Below, one piece after another: positions 49,994 through 63,520 of a stretch of 64,000 bases of DNA. Numbering within the stretch: position 1 is the stretch's first letter; every line of letters starts with the position of its first letter. The notes under the pieces were generated by a model. That model did not search any database and was not told the DNA's origin. It saw only the letters and a program-made list of their open reading frames with translations. The stretch is from Octopus sinensis (Eukaryota): contig NC_042998.1 of assembly GCF_006345805.1 (NCBI RefSeq), forward strand, positions 80,414,001-80,478,000. The letters are read 5' to 3'. The translations under genes and the position numbers were made by a program.

Positions 49994-52568
49994 ATACTGT
50001 ATAAATATTTCCATATAAAGTCCAATATTGATGTGGCTAGCTTCCTGGCTCAAGTTGAGCCAGTAGGTCTCAACTGCAGGAACATTAAGTGCCCCGACAG
50101 AATAACACTCTTCCCATCCAAGGGAGACAGATCTCTAGTCTGGGATGCAACATGCAGTGACACATTCTCTGGCTCCAACCTTGCAGCATCTGCTGCAAAC
50201 TAGGTGTCACCACCTATAACACAGAGGAGAGACATCAGTTGTTCTAGGACCTCATACTATCTATTTCCTCTGCAAAATAGGGATAACAGCAGCCTGTTAG
50301 AGAAATGAGCCCCATGAGGTGGAGTAGAATCTGCAGCAACAAGTGTCGCTGACTATTCTCCACAGCAATGCCATCACCACGAGACACAGCTGAGCACCCC
50401 ACTTATTCTGGGATATCTGGCCCGTCATCTCCTCTCCCTCCACTGCTTTACCCCTTACCATTTTTTTCTTTTTCTTTCCTGTTTCTTTGTATTTAGATGT
50501 TCTAATAAAAAACAAAAAAATTATAATTATCTACAAAGGAATTTCATCTCTTTGTTTATTTTATTTTTATTGTTTCTCATTTATTTTTCTTTGGATGGAA
50601 TGGTTTTTATTCTCTGGAACAATTGTATTTACAGCTGATTGCCTTTATTATTGCTAAGTAGCAATGGAGACTAGGGCGTGGATTTTATGCTTATTTTTTT
50701 TTCCAACCAGGCAAACTGGAATAAGCAGAATTAGGTGCCTTGCTCTGGAGCACAACATAATGGCAGTACTAATGGTCAATGGCAATACTAATGGCAGTAC
50801 TAATGGTCAATATTCTAGCTCCTTAATCTCACAGCAAATGTGCTGTTCAGATAAGGCAAAATGAGAAAGGGGTTTAACCTTCTAGCATTTAAACCAGCCA
50901 AATTTTTTTGGCTTTGCTGACTTTCCTGTCACCAACCCCACCTGTTTCCAAGCAAGGTGCTCCTAATCCATAGCTAGATATGTTTTCCATGAAAGACTGA
51001 AAACAAAGAGCCTCAATTTTATGACAATGATCCTCATCTACAACCATGATGTGACATGAGGTCTTGACAAGGATACACAGAAACACACACATATACATAC
51101 ATACAACAGTATTCTTTGGTCAGCCTGGGGCTATAGTAGAAGATATTTGCCCAAGGTGCTGCACAGTGGGACTGAACCATAAACAACATGATTGGGAAGC
51201 AAGATTCTTAACCACAATCATGCTTTTGCCTATTTTCAGCAATAACAACTATTTATTCCATTCAAGGTTCCTCTGTAACTGTAACCAGCATTCACTCTGA
51301 TGCCATCAACTTTAGACATCATAAAGTAAAACAAATTTTCATAAAAATTTTACACCAAGATACAAAGAAGACATTGCAATTAATACATGTCAATGATTTC
51401 AACTGACCAATATAATTGAAATACATTACATAAATGAACCACAGAGGACTTTTATAATAGTAGTTCAACTTGATGCATATGCCATCCATATCTAGATGAT
51501 GGAGTAGCTCAGTGTCTTTAAGGCAAGGTCATACATTTTGAATTTCTTGGTAACATATTTTACATAAATTTTAGGACAACACACCCAACAAATCTTCTAA
51601 TAAAATAGCCACAAAAAATCTTAGAACACAAACATGTTCATAGACACAATAAATCTTAAGTCTAATGACAATAAATGTAGGCTATAATAAACTAACAATA
51701 AATCATAGGAAATCTAAGGTAACACACCTGCAATAAATCATAGACTGAAATAAATCCAGAACACCTTTTCGGACAACACACCTACAATGAATGTTCAGGA
51801 TACATATCCACAATAAATTTAGTGTAATATATCCATAGTAAATTTTAGAGCAACACATACATAATAAATCTAAGGAAATAATAAAGACAAAATTCAATTC
51901 ATCAGTTATCTACAATCACACCTGATTTCATCATCATCGTCATTTAACGTCCGCTTTCCATGCTAGCATGGGTTGGATTATACAAAAAGATGGCAAAGTC
52001 TATCTGTTTTAGCAGGGTTTCTATGGCTGCTTGGCATTAGGAAGGGCATCAAGCCACAGAAATCATGCCAAAACAAACAATGGAACCTGGTATACCTCCC
52101 AGCCCTACAAGCTACTGTCACATACTTTAACTCATGCCAGCATGGAAAACAGATTTTAATGATAATGGTGTGTGGAGGGGGGTGTAGAGTCTGGGGTGTT
52201 AGTGGTTAGGATGATGCATTCACTGTAGGATAGTGTTTTCAATTCCCGGACCAGCAGATTCTGGGTACTGACCCGTCACCAGCGCTGATGACAGGTCAAT
52301 ACCCAGAAACTCAACTCCGTGTGTATCATAGGTTGAAAACAGGAAGGATGACTCCGCTTTGCAAATACTGATAGGGCACAGAAAGTGTGTCAATAGCCAG
52401 CTGGAGGAGGTGTCCCCTGGGGCTACAAGCTACAGCAGCATCCACCCTTAAGGGTTAGCCACATTTAAGTGGCAAATATACTTCACAATATATATATATA
52501 TATATATATATATAGATATATATATACATATTATGTATATATATATATATATATACACATATATATAT

Positions 52569-52612
<44 letters not shown>

Positions 52613-52704
52613 TATACATATATATATAATGTATATATATATATTATTTATTTATATATATATATATATATGTATATATTTGTATTTATGTGCTATCTGT
52701 GTAT

Positions 52705-52763
52705 ATTCCACTGATGAAGGCAAAGCATTTCTTATGCAGAGTCAGAAATCTGGGATCTGGAAT
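52705..52763 (+). ncRNA. Minimal type-I hammerhead ribozyme-like motif
   Basis: Stem I attcca/tggaat; CUGAUGA 52711-52717; stem II GGC/GUC plus GCAU/AUGC; GAAA 52745-52748; short stem III; AUC triplet 52755-52757. Confidence 0.6.
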
Positions 52764-53420
52764 TATCCAGTAATTTTTTTGCTAGTTTATTTTGTCTCTT
52801 TGTCTTCTCTGCTGGTGCTGTGTGAACATTTAATGTACTTTTAGAGTCAAGATTTGAATGCTATTTCTAGCATGGTGTTATCTCTTAGATACCCTTAATT
52901 ATAATTTTATACACACACACACATATATATATATATATACACACACACATATATATGTATACACACACACACACATATATATATAGATATATATATATAC
53001 ACATATATGCACATATATATATATATAGATATATATACACATATATATATATAGATATATATACACATATATGCACATATATATATATATAGATATATAT
53101 ACACATATATGCACATATATATATATATATATAGATATATACACATATATGCACATATATATATATATATATAGATATATATACACATATAGATATATAT
53201 ATATAGATATATATACATATAGATATATATAGATATATATACACATATAGATATATATACACATATAGATATATATAGATATATATACACATATAGATAT
53301 ATATATATAGATATATATACACATATAGATATATATAGATATATATACACATATATATATATATATATACACACATATATATGCACATATATATATATAT
53401 ATACACACATATATATGCAC

Positions 53421-53457
<37 letters not shown>

Positions 53458-53702
53458 TATGCACATATATATATATACACATATATATGCACATATATAT
53501 ATATACACATATATATGCACATATATATATATACACATATATATGCACATATATATATATACACATATATATGCACATATATATATATACACATATATAT
53601 ATATACACATATATATGCACATATATATATATACACATATATATGCACATATATATATATATACACATATATATATATATATATAATATATATATATATA
53701 TA

Positions 53703-53892
53703 GGTAAACAGTAAAAATAATTACAGACATGGACAAGAACATGAAACAACACAGAGACGACACAAGAACCACAGGACGGGACATTCGAAGCCCTCAGTCA
53801 TCAGTCAAGAACCAGATCATCTTAGCAATTTCGGCTGATTAATCTTGAGATTGCTCCGATATGGCCAGCCCGCCAAGGGAAATCTAAGCCAA
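53703..53892. mobile_element. Short element embedded in (TA)n; partial second copy at 62546-62600
   Basis: Both copies begin (ta)n-ggtaaacagtaaaa..aa.tacagacatggacaagaacatgaaac. Confidence 0.65.
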
Positions 53893-53923
53893 ATATATAT
53901 ATATATATATACACATATATATG

Positions 53924-53975
<52 letters not shown>

Positions 53976-54004
53976 GATATATATATATACACACATATAT
54001 GCAC

Positions 54005-54036
<32 letters not shown>

Positions 54037-55640
54037 TATATATATAGATATATATACACACACACACACATAATATATATATACACACACACACACATAT
54101 ATACATACACGCACACATGTATATATACATACACATATATATATACACACACACACATATATATATACAAACATATATATATATACACATATATATATAC
54201 ACACACACACACACATACATATATATATTATTTATTTACATCTAACTTTTACAACTCAATTAATTACTGATTGCAGAATGAACCCTGCCAAGTTAAATTT
54301 AAACTCAGATGCATGGGGCACCAAATATCATACTACAAAGTATTTAATCCAACAGTCTCTGACAATTTCGCTTTTAAGCAAGGAGATAATGGGAAACAAT
54401 TGAATATCTTTACAAAAAAATTCAATGTTTTTCTTACAACTTTGCTACAGTGCTTCAAATATTCAATGTCAATTATATCTATTTAAGTTTGCAGCAATAC
54501 AGGCTACTATAACCCTCTTACATAGCCTGTGTTTAGCTTTAATGATTGCATACTAGAATGAATAGGTGTTTTTTCAGTAAATCAACATTGTGTTCAATAT
54601 TATAGAATTTTAAAACATCATAAGTAATCAAATACACTGTATGTCTTATGATATATATACATGTATATTTTACATATATACATCAAGATAATGCAGGATT
54701 TAGATATACAGTAGGATGTTGTATTGCACGCATATTCAACCAATGTCAGCAAATATGAATGTAAAGATAATAGGGAAGGTTTTAGTCAACTTGGAGCTAT
54801 AGTAGAAGACATTTCCCCAAAGTATCACACAGTGGAACTGAACCTGAAACTATGTGGTTGGGAAGCAAAGTTTTAACCACACAGCCACATTCATGTCAAT
54901 AGTGTACATACATAATCAAATGTTTGAGCATGTAATATTTATGTATCTGCAATCAGGTATGTTTATGTAATTATATGCATGGCTGCATTTCCCATTTGTA
55001 AGATCCCAGGTTCAATCCAGCAGTATAGCATGTTGAGCAATTGTCTTTTGAAATAGCTTCAGGTCAACCCAAAGTATATGAGTGAAAATGGTTGAGTGGA
55101 AACTGTGGGGATTGTACTTGTAATTAAAAGATCTAGCCTTGTCGCATATTGTGCTATACTAATTGAGTATGGGAATTATATGAATGGTACATATTCTGTG
55201 ACATATTCAGCCACTTGTACATTAATTTAACAAGTTGGTAGTTCAGATTACCAAACAACTGAATGCTTGTAGGTGGAACTAGTGGGGGATCTATCATCAT
55301 GTGTGTGTGTATATATGCAACTATGTGCAGGAGTATATCCAGTCATAGTCTGTAATTGTGTGTGTATGTGTACATACATGCAGTATTATAGTAGTCTTCA
55401 GTCTTCTCGATTTTAGATGTCTGAAATGTAGTATTATAGAGTAAAATCAGTGTATATAAATAATGTTTATTCCCTTTGCTATAAGGCCACTCATAAATTT
55501 ATAAGAGATAGTGTTAATGATCTGAACTTAACTTCAGTACATTACTGAAACTAATTTTATTGATCTTGCAGGGATGGAAAGTAAATATGAAGCAAGCAGG
55601 ATGCAAATTCAGGCTGTAGAGGGATATCATCATCATTCAA

Positions 55641-55858
55641 CCCTTTAGCATTTAGATTACTCTTTCAAATATAACATTTATTTACATTGATTTGAATTTT
55701 TCCTGCATTATCCTGTAGCCTTGAGATTTCAATTTATGTGGCTGTAGATGTTTTGGCTGATATTGTAGGGTAGATGTGAGAGGCTTAATCTGGTCAGTTT
55801 GAGTATAAAACAGGGAGCCATATCTTGGTCAGATATGGCTGGGGTAAATGCTAAAGGG
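55641..55858. mobile_element. piggyBac-type MITE (218 bp), second family
   Basis: TCAA|ccctttagcattta ... taaatgctaaaggg|TTAA; the same right end occurs at ~17325-17383. Confidence 0.8.
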
Positions 55859-58713
55859 TTAATATCATTGCTTCATGCTGGCATGGGCTAGACGGTTCGA
55901 AAGACTCCAACTAGCCCAAGGTCTGCTTTGGCAAGGTTTCTACAGCCAGGTGGCCTTCCTAACATCAAACACATTACAGAGTGCGCTAGGTGCATTTTCA
56001 TGGTATTAGCAGCACAAATAGGGGTCACAAGACAAAATTCCTTCCTGGAGTGGAGTGGGCAGCTAGTATTGTAGTAGGTAGCTTTGTACCAGGTGTTCAG
56101 AGTCCAAAGTAGGGATGAGGAACAGGAACAGGAACTGGTATCTTGTAGAAGAGATACATAGGTACCACAGCAGGAAAGGAAAAAAGGATGGTGGAGAAGA
56201 ACTATCAGGACATACTCTCAAGGTACAAGAAGGTGCATAGAGAGATTATAGGAAGTTGGTGGGGAACATAGTTAAATAATGATTTGATATAGATATGCAT
56301 ACAAATATGTGTGTGAAAGAAAGAGAGCCGATATCTAATACAGTAACATTCAGAAATTCAATGTCAATGCAGGTAACAGTCCCAGTATAATCCAACAACA
56401 AACTAACCAAATAATAACTACTCATGCACATATGCATGCACATTTAATGGGCTTCTTTCAATTTCCATCTATCAAATACATTCATAAGACACTTGTCTGA
56501 GATGTCACACAATGGGACCAAACCCAAAACTATGTAGTTGGGAAGTGAACTTCTTAACCACATAGCCATATATTGTTATTAATTGCAATGGCAGATATCA
56601 AGCTAAGTATAAACCTCAGTGGAGATAAATAGTATTAACAGAGAATGGATTGTGTAAATAGAGAATTGGAAAAGTACTACTTTGTGTTGGGTCAATGGGG
56701 AAGACTTAAAAATTGTTTGAAAAATGTAGTCCTAGATCAGTACTTCTCAAGCATTTGACTATAAGATACAGATCAAACAAAAATTTATTGGCACACTTCA
56801 CACAGAAAGTTAATTAGAAGCACACTTTATGTAAAAAGTTTTAAAAATAACTGTTTTAAAGTTAAAAAGCAGAGGTCCATATCAAAAGGAAAATTAAGAA
56901 TGAAACTATATTTTAAAGTTTAAAATTCACAAAAGAAAATGTATGATACTATTACTTAGTTTGTTTTTTAAATCATACTTATATACAGTGAAATTAGGAA
57001 TAGCACATTTTTCAAGACTCTCATCATTTGTATGGAATATGTAAAGCCTCGAATTAAACATCATTATCATATAATGTCAATTTTCCATGCTGGTATGTGT
57101 TGAACCGATTGGATATTGGCAAGCCAAAGGTCTGTGCCAAGCTCCAAAGTCTACTTTGGTGTGGTGTCTATGGCTAGATGCTCTTCCTAATGTCAACCAC
57201 TTTACAGGGTGTACAGAGAGTGTTTATGTAGCACTGGTACTAATGAAGTCGCCAAGTAATTTGCAAGACAAGACCCCCTCAACTGAATGGTTCAATAGTA
57301 TTGAATGGAGGTGGCTTTAAGCCACATGTTGAGAGATTCAACTATGATTGAAGAACAAATGTCTTGCTGTAGGGGAGATACATGGTTAGAAAAGAGAGAA
57401 TTTGCTGGTGAAGATACATCACAGTGCACCCTCAAATTATATTTTTAAAAATCTACAATTCATTTAGATTCCTCTGATGAGGTACCAATGTGCCATGACA
57501 AGCTATTTGAGAACAACTGTTTTAGATACACAACACTATCACCGAAAATAAGTGGTAGCCATCACTGAAACGTTTTCCATTATAGGTGAGCTCAATAAGA
57601 GTTGACAAATGGTTAAACAATATTGTATTCAAGGAGTACTGAAAAGTTTGTGGCTTTGGGTAAAAGAAAATACAAGAGGATCAGTTAATTATGATTCTAC
57701 TGAACATATTCCCATCTCAGATTCACACACCTATTGCAGCTGTCCTTCAGTTTTCCTCAGTCCTGTAAAAGAACTTGAGCTAAACAACGTGTGCAAGTTT
57801 GAAGGAAGATATTCAAAGTGGCAATGTCTGTGAGAATGAAATTTCAAAAACATGAATTTGTTTTGTTCTTTTAAATTATATATATGGTGTGACGGACCAC
57901 TTTTCAAGTAGAGAGAATTATCACAACATTATGTAACTCCATCATCATCATTTAGTGTTCGTATTCCATGCTGGTATGAGCTGAACAGTTGGACAGGATC
58001 CAAGTCAGAGGACTTTGTTGAGCCCCAATATCTGATTTGACATAGTTTCTACAGCTGGATGCCCTTCCTGATGCCAACCACTTTACAAAGTGTACTGAGT
58101 GCTTTTTCATGTCACCTGCACTAGTGAGGTTGCCAAGTAACTCATAAAACAAGACCCCTTCATAGAGTGGGGGATCTACTATTGAGGGATGTGGTTTATA
58201 CAAGGTGTTGAGAGGCAAAACTATGAAAGAGGAATAAATACAAGTGTCTCGCCATGGAGGAGATACATGGCTATCCCAGCTGGAAAAGGTAATAAGGTAG
58301 TATTGATGAGGTATCAAGATGTACCCACAAGGTACACAAGGGTAAATGGAGACAGGGGAACAAGTGGAAGGGATAGGGACAGAGAATCAGGTACATTTGC
58401 AAAAGTGTAATGTGAGTGACAGATGGGTAGAGGTAAGGAATATAGCAATCCAGGAGATGCAGAGAACAGCAAACAAGGGAGAGATCATAGTCAAAGGTGA
58501 ATTTAAGTTTGGGGACAAATGAAGGAAATAGGAATGGGCCAGGGAGGAGAAGAATATATAGGATACAAAGTGTTGCTATTCCAGTGTTACTGTCAGAGCC
58601 AGAATTCACTTATAGTTACATGATAAATATTGAAAAAACAAACTTTTATTTCATATAATCATTTAGTCTTCTAAAGCCAGAAAAGCATTGGTCAAAATGC
58701 TAGAATATTGTCA

Positions 58714-58845
58714 CATCCAGCTGTAAAAACTCTGCCAGATCAGATTGGAGCCTGGCACAGCCATCTGGTTCGCCAGTCCTCAGTCAAATTGTCCAACCCA
58801 TGCTAGCATGGAAAGCGGACGTTAAACGATGATGATGATGATGAT
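58714..58845 (+). mobile_element. Short RTE tail copy
   Basis: catccagctgtaaaaactctgccagatcag...ggaaagcggacgttaaac(gat)n. Confidence 0.85.
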
Positions 58846-59132
58846 CTCCTTATTTTGACTTCGATCCTTGTTCATGTTGTCTTTGCCTTTCATCCTGCCA
58901 AGGGTCAATAAAATAAACTATAAAACCCAAGTACTGAGATTGACATAACTGACTAGATACTCTCCTAAATTTTCTCCCTTTGTCAATAATCATCAGAACT
59001 AGTAGTTTCAGCAGTCCCATTATGTAAGAGATGTGTGATATTAGTTAAATGACAATTTATCAGATCAATCACTGGAATGGCAGAGAGAGATTCAATAACG
59101 AACATGACTCACGACCTGATATATATCGACTG

Positions 59133-59345
59133 GAAGGCAACAAGCTGGCAGAAACATAAGCGCACCAGATGAAATGCCTAGTGGTATTTCAGCTGTCTTT
59201 GTGCTCTGAGTTCAAATTCCACTGAGGTCAACTTTGATTTCATCCTTTCAGGGTCGATAAATTAAGTACCAGTTGCATACTAGTTGATCTAATTGACTGC
59301 CCCACCTCCCCAAAAACTTTGGGCCTTGTGCCTAAAATAGAAAAG
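59133..59345 (+). mobile_element. SINE family B copy
   Basis: aaggcaacaagctggcagaa...ctgagttcaaattcc...catcctttcagggtcgataaattaagtacc...ggccttgtgcc. Confidence 0.8.
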
Positions 59346-62023
59346 ATATATATTGACTAGTTTTGTTTTTAATGTGTTAAGACTTGGGAGAGACAAGCAT
59401 TGCTCTGTGTTAGGAAGTTTGCTTCACAACAACAGAGCTTTTGGTTTGAACCCACAGCATGACATCTCAGGCAAGTATCTTCTCTAGTCTCAAGTTGACT
59501 AATACTTTGTGAATGAAATTTAGTAGATAGAAACTGTAAAGAATCCATGCCAACATGGAAAGGTAGACAAAAATTATGAAGATATTAGAGAATTAAGTAT
59601 TTTAAAGTTTACTGATATACTGCAATCCAATTTAGAAATAGTATTTCAGAAGCATTTATAAGAATTCTCCCTAAACTGTATATGGCATGATGTTTACAAC
59701 ATTAAGCTATATAGACAAATATCCTAGATTAATAGAAACCAAAGATCATACAACCAACACTGCTCCCACAAAAAAAAAAACTGTAATAAAAGAAACCTCT
59801 ATTATAAAAGAAATTCAGTCTTGATTGGGCAGGCATGGATAAAGAGATAGATGGTCATAGCTGGAATGACTGGATAGTCATTCCAGTCCATGACCATCCT
59901 GTTTTTTGTATGTGTCCTTCTTTTTAAGATGATAGTGTGATTTTAGTGAATTTGGTTGATGTGATGTTTTACTATAAGTAATTAAACCAGACCCTCTTGA
60001 TACTTAATAAATAATAGTACATGATGATTTGAAGGCATTAAGTATCATTTAAACCAGTTCATTTCTTTAGAATCTTCTAAAAGTATATTTGGCCATAACG
60101 CTGTATTGTACAAAACCTTGCCTTACATGTGACAAATCTATATCGTACGCACAGGCATACCTGTGTGGTTCTGTGTTCCCCACTGGCACTTCAGGCAAAT
60201 GTCTTCTACTACAGCCCTAGACTGACCAAAGCCTTGTGAGTAAATTTGGTAAACAAAAACTAAAAGCTTGGTCTCTATGTATATATGTATGCACGTATGA
60301 GAGAGAGAGTGTGTGTTAGTGTCTCCTTGTCTTCATATCACGTGATTGCTGTAAGAGGTTAGACGTTAGAATGTGGAGGAAGGAGCCACAACAGATTTGT
60401 GACTGTAGAAGAGATACATGGCTACTCGCATTAGACAAGAGTGGGTGGGAGTAATCTTTTATTGGTTCCAGTCATTGAAGAGCAGCCATGCTGGGGTTCC
60501 AGATTTAAGCATTTGACCTGTGTTGCCGATATTTTATCGGTCATACTTTGCTGAACTGTTAAGTAGCAGGCTACATAAGGTTGCAACACAAACCTTTGTT
60601 TTTAGAAAGATGCACACACACTAGTGTCTTACTGCACAAAGAACTCAACACAGTCTTGTAATAGAAAAGTATAGTTAATTCTGCGTATGTAGCAACCAGA
60701 ATTCCAAACTCATGTCTAACGGTTTCGTGCAATAAACATTATATACTGGTAGTGTGTGGAATCTAATGTGTGTATATAGTAACCAAGATTACAAACCCAT
60801 ACTTAAAGGTTTGAGTACAGCTTACAGGGCAAGGATGAATGTACGAAACCTTTACATGTAGGTTTCAATCACGGTTAACGCATAAACACACTCACATATA
60901 TACATATATGTACGTGTTTCTGTTTAAAGAATGAGTTAGGGTAAGATATTTGGAGTAACACATACTGCGTCCTCTAAACATAATGCAGATAATACAAGCG
61001 CTAAAGAAAGTGGGCAATGATGATAATGCCGACGCAACAATAGTAAGCTAATGTACGTGAAGGGGGAAGACGTGAGAGTGGGTGTGTGTTTGTGGGCGCG
61101 CGTGCGCACGCTCTCAGTTGATCTAAGAAATGGACAGGAATCGATAGATTTTGAAGAACAACAGATTAATGAATCAAGTCATGGCCAGAGTAAAGAAAAG
61201 CATAATAAATCATTCGTCCATAGTGAAATCAATAGAAGGTGGTAATAGTGGTGGTGAGAGGGAACAGGAGGGTCAGTGAGAGAAAGAGAAAGAAGCATTG
61301 CCCAGAGTAGCCGTTAAATGTAGAAAGATCGTGTCAGAAGTAAAGGAGGGACCGTGCAAAACAGAATGACACAAAGTGTGCATGTTAGAAAGCGTAAAAG
61401 AAAACGTGGAGGAAAAAGACGGAGAGAAAGGGTGTTAGAAGGGAAGAGAAGAAAGAAGAAAATTATGTATTAGAGACGATAAGGAGAAATGAGACATAAG
61501 GAAAGCATGAGAGGAAAGGAGAGAGTGAAATATAAAAAAACAGGTGTATGAACAGAGAAAAATTTACGCGCGTATGTGCAAACGATAGAGACACAAAACA
61601 AAGGAGAGACAAAATAGGAAGTAAAATACAAGAAAAGAAAAGGTGCAAGTGTTATCATTGTTGGATACTATAAACCATCCATTCAATACAGCTAGAATTA
61701 GTCAGTTTATCGCGGGGAGAGGGGAATCAACAATCTTCAGGTTAAAAAAAAAAAATGAAAACTAACGACAGGTTTAAACGAGTCAAAACTTGACATGGCA
61801 GATGTGCGGAGGAAGGACAAATAAATGACTAGAAATAAAACCAACACCCAAATCTAAAACTGTATTTCATTTTAATTATTTCCTTTAAAATATTTTATGA
61901 GTCAAATGTATACACTCAATCACAAACATGTCAGTATGCATGTATATAATGAGCTCTATGTTCGATTATTTAAATCCACGTTTGTTCTGATTATGTGCGC
62001 ATATTGTATATTAATGATCGCCT

Positions 62024-62025
<2 letters not shown>

Positions 62026-62073
<48 letters not shown>

Positions 62074-62092
62074 ATAATATATATATTTATAT

Positions 62093-62135
<43 letters not shown>

Positions 62136-62146
62136 TATATATATAT
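62026..62146. repeat. (TA)n microsatellite
   Basis: Interrupted TA run seen directly. Confidence 0.9.
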
Positions 62147-62599
62147 GAATGCAATGCGCGATTATATGAAAATATGTTGTTAAATCTTTTTAGCACAGTG
62201 AAGTAAAAGCTTTGACAACGCAGATTGAAATAAAAATTTAAATTGCTGATTTCAAATACTTCGATCTGATCGTATTTGCGCATAGGTAATATTCTACAGA
62301 CACGTGTATCTTTAATGTAACCCTCGGGTAGACTCAGTGACAGGACTATCCTATGGACTATAGGTAGCGTTAACAGGACTGTTTCCGTTTACCCAATTCC
62401 ACTTACACGGTTTGGGAGTCAACCTGCTATGTAGTAAAAAAAAATTTTCCCCAAGATACCACGAATAGGAGACCTTACACTTAGTTACAGAATCAGTCGG
62501 GTGTGCCAGTGTGTGTGTGTGTATGTATATATATATATATATATAGGTAAACAGTAAAATTAAATACAGACATGGACAAGAACATGAAACACCACAGAG

Positions 62600-62635
<36 letters not shown>

Positions 62636-62662
62636 TGAGAGAGAGATGTGTGTGTGTAAAAT

Positions 62663-62917
62663 CTTTTGTTTCATTCATTAGACTGCGATCATGCTGGAGC
62701 ACCGCATTGGAAATTTTAATTAAACAACAAATCTACCCATTCTATCGGTCACTTTTTGCCGAGCCACTAATTACAGGGACGTAAACAAACCAGCACAAGT
62801 AGTCAAGTGATAGACACAAGGACACACTATCTAGCTCTCTTTCAGCCTAGCCTCTTTATGTCATGAGAGAATGTTGTATAGGTGAATGACGTCGTGTACC
62901 AAAATCGAAGGATTGCC

Positions 62918-62963
<46 letters not shown>

Positions 62964-63115
62964 ATGTATTGTGGGCTTTCAATTTCTGTCTACAGTTCCA
63001 TTCACAAGGCATTGGTTGGTCCAGGGCTACAGTAGAATACACTTGCACGGTGCCACGCAGTTGGACTGAACCCGGAATCAGTGGTTAGGAAGTAAATTCT
63101 TACGACACAACAACA
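62663..63115 (-). mobile_element. SINE family A copy retaining CpGs
   Basis: Same architecture; retains cacggtgccacgcag, aacccgga and tttgccgagcc. Confidence 0.75.
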
Positions 63116-63514
63116 CACATATACGTACGCACACACACACAAACGCACGTGTATACGTGTTTCATTGTTGATAATTATTTACGGCTGTCTTTTTTTCTTC
63201 TCCAAGCTTTAATTATTTTCTTCAGTAATATTCCATGTCAATAAAAAAAAAATAATAATTGAAGAAGAAATATCTCATTAGCAACGGTTATCAAATAATG
63301 TGAAATGTAAAATTAACAAACAGGTAGGAAGAAAATCCTGCAGGTGTTGTCACCCCCGTCCCCTTTTCTTCTCGGCTGAGAAATCTGAGACGAGAAACTG
63401 TTGCTGTGACAATTAATCTGAAAAGTGAGTCTCGTAGATGAAAAGTATTTCTGATTTAGAAGTCTGGCATTTTTTTTTTTTTTAAGGTTATAATAAAGAG
63501 GAAAGAAAACCGAT

Positions 63515-63520
63515 ACCAAC
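63515..63520 (-). promoter_or_regulatory. 5' splice donor (GAG|GTTGGT), phase 0
   Basis: Plus strand reads accaac|ctc at 63515-63523. Par-4 similarity stops exactly here and T-rich sequence follows on the minus strand. Confidence 0.75.

Larger units (their letters stand above)
52488..54230. repeat. Compound (TA)/(CA)/(GA) microsatellite with higher-order units and two unique islands
   Basis: Repeating units such as atatatatacacatatatatgcac and atatagatatatatacacat; islands at ~52680-52900 and 53703-53892. Confidence 0.95.
1..63520 (-). other. Putative very large intron of the PAWR-like gene (no next exon identified)
   Basis: Inference: no acidic or leucine-zipper Par-4-like exon was seen by eye downstream of the donor. 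A small exon could have been missed. Confidence 0.5.

Noticed and set aside
53775-53860. Minus-strand CUGAUGA and a separate GCCGAAA in the TA-embedded element
   Set aside because: I could not assemble stems I-III in any hammerhead topology.
52469-54220. Long ORFs of 99-299 aa (YIYICVY.../HIYIYT...)
   Set aside because: Translations of TA/CA microsatellite, which lacks stop codons in several frames; no coding signal.
57470-57505. CUGAUGA-GGUAC-CAAU-GUGCC hammerhead-like half
   Set aside because: No GAAA after stem II and no stem I partner; at best a dead relic.
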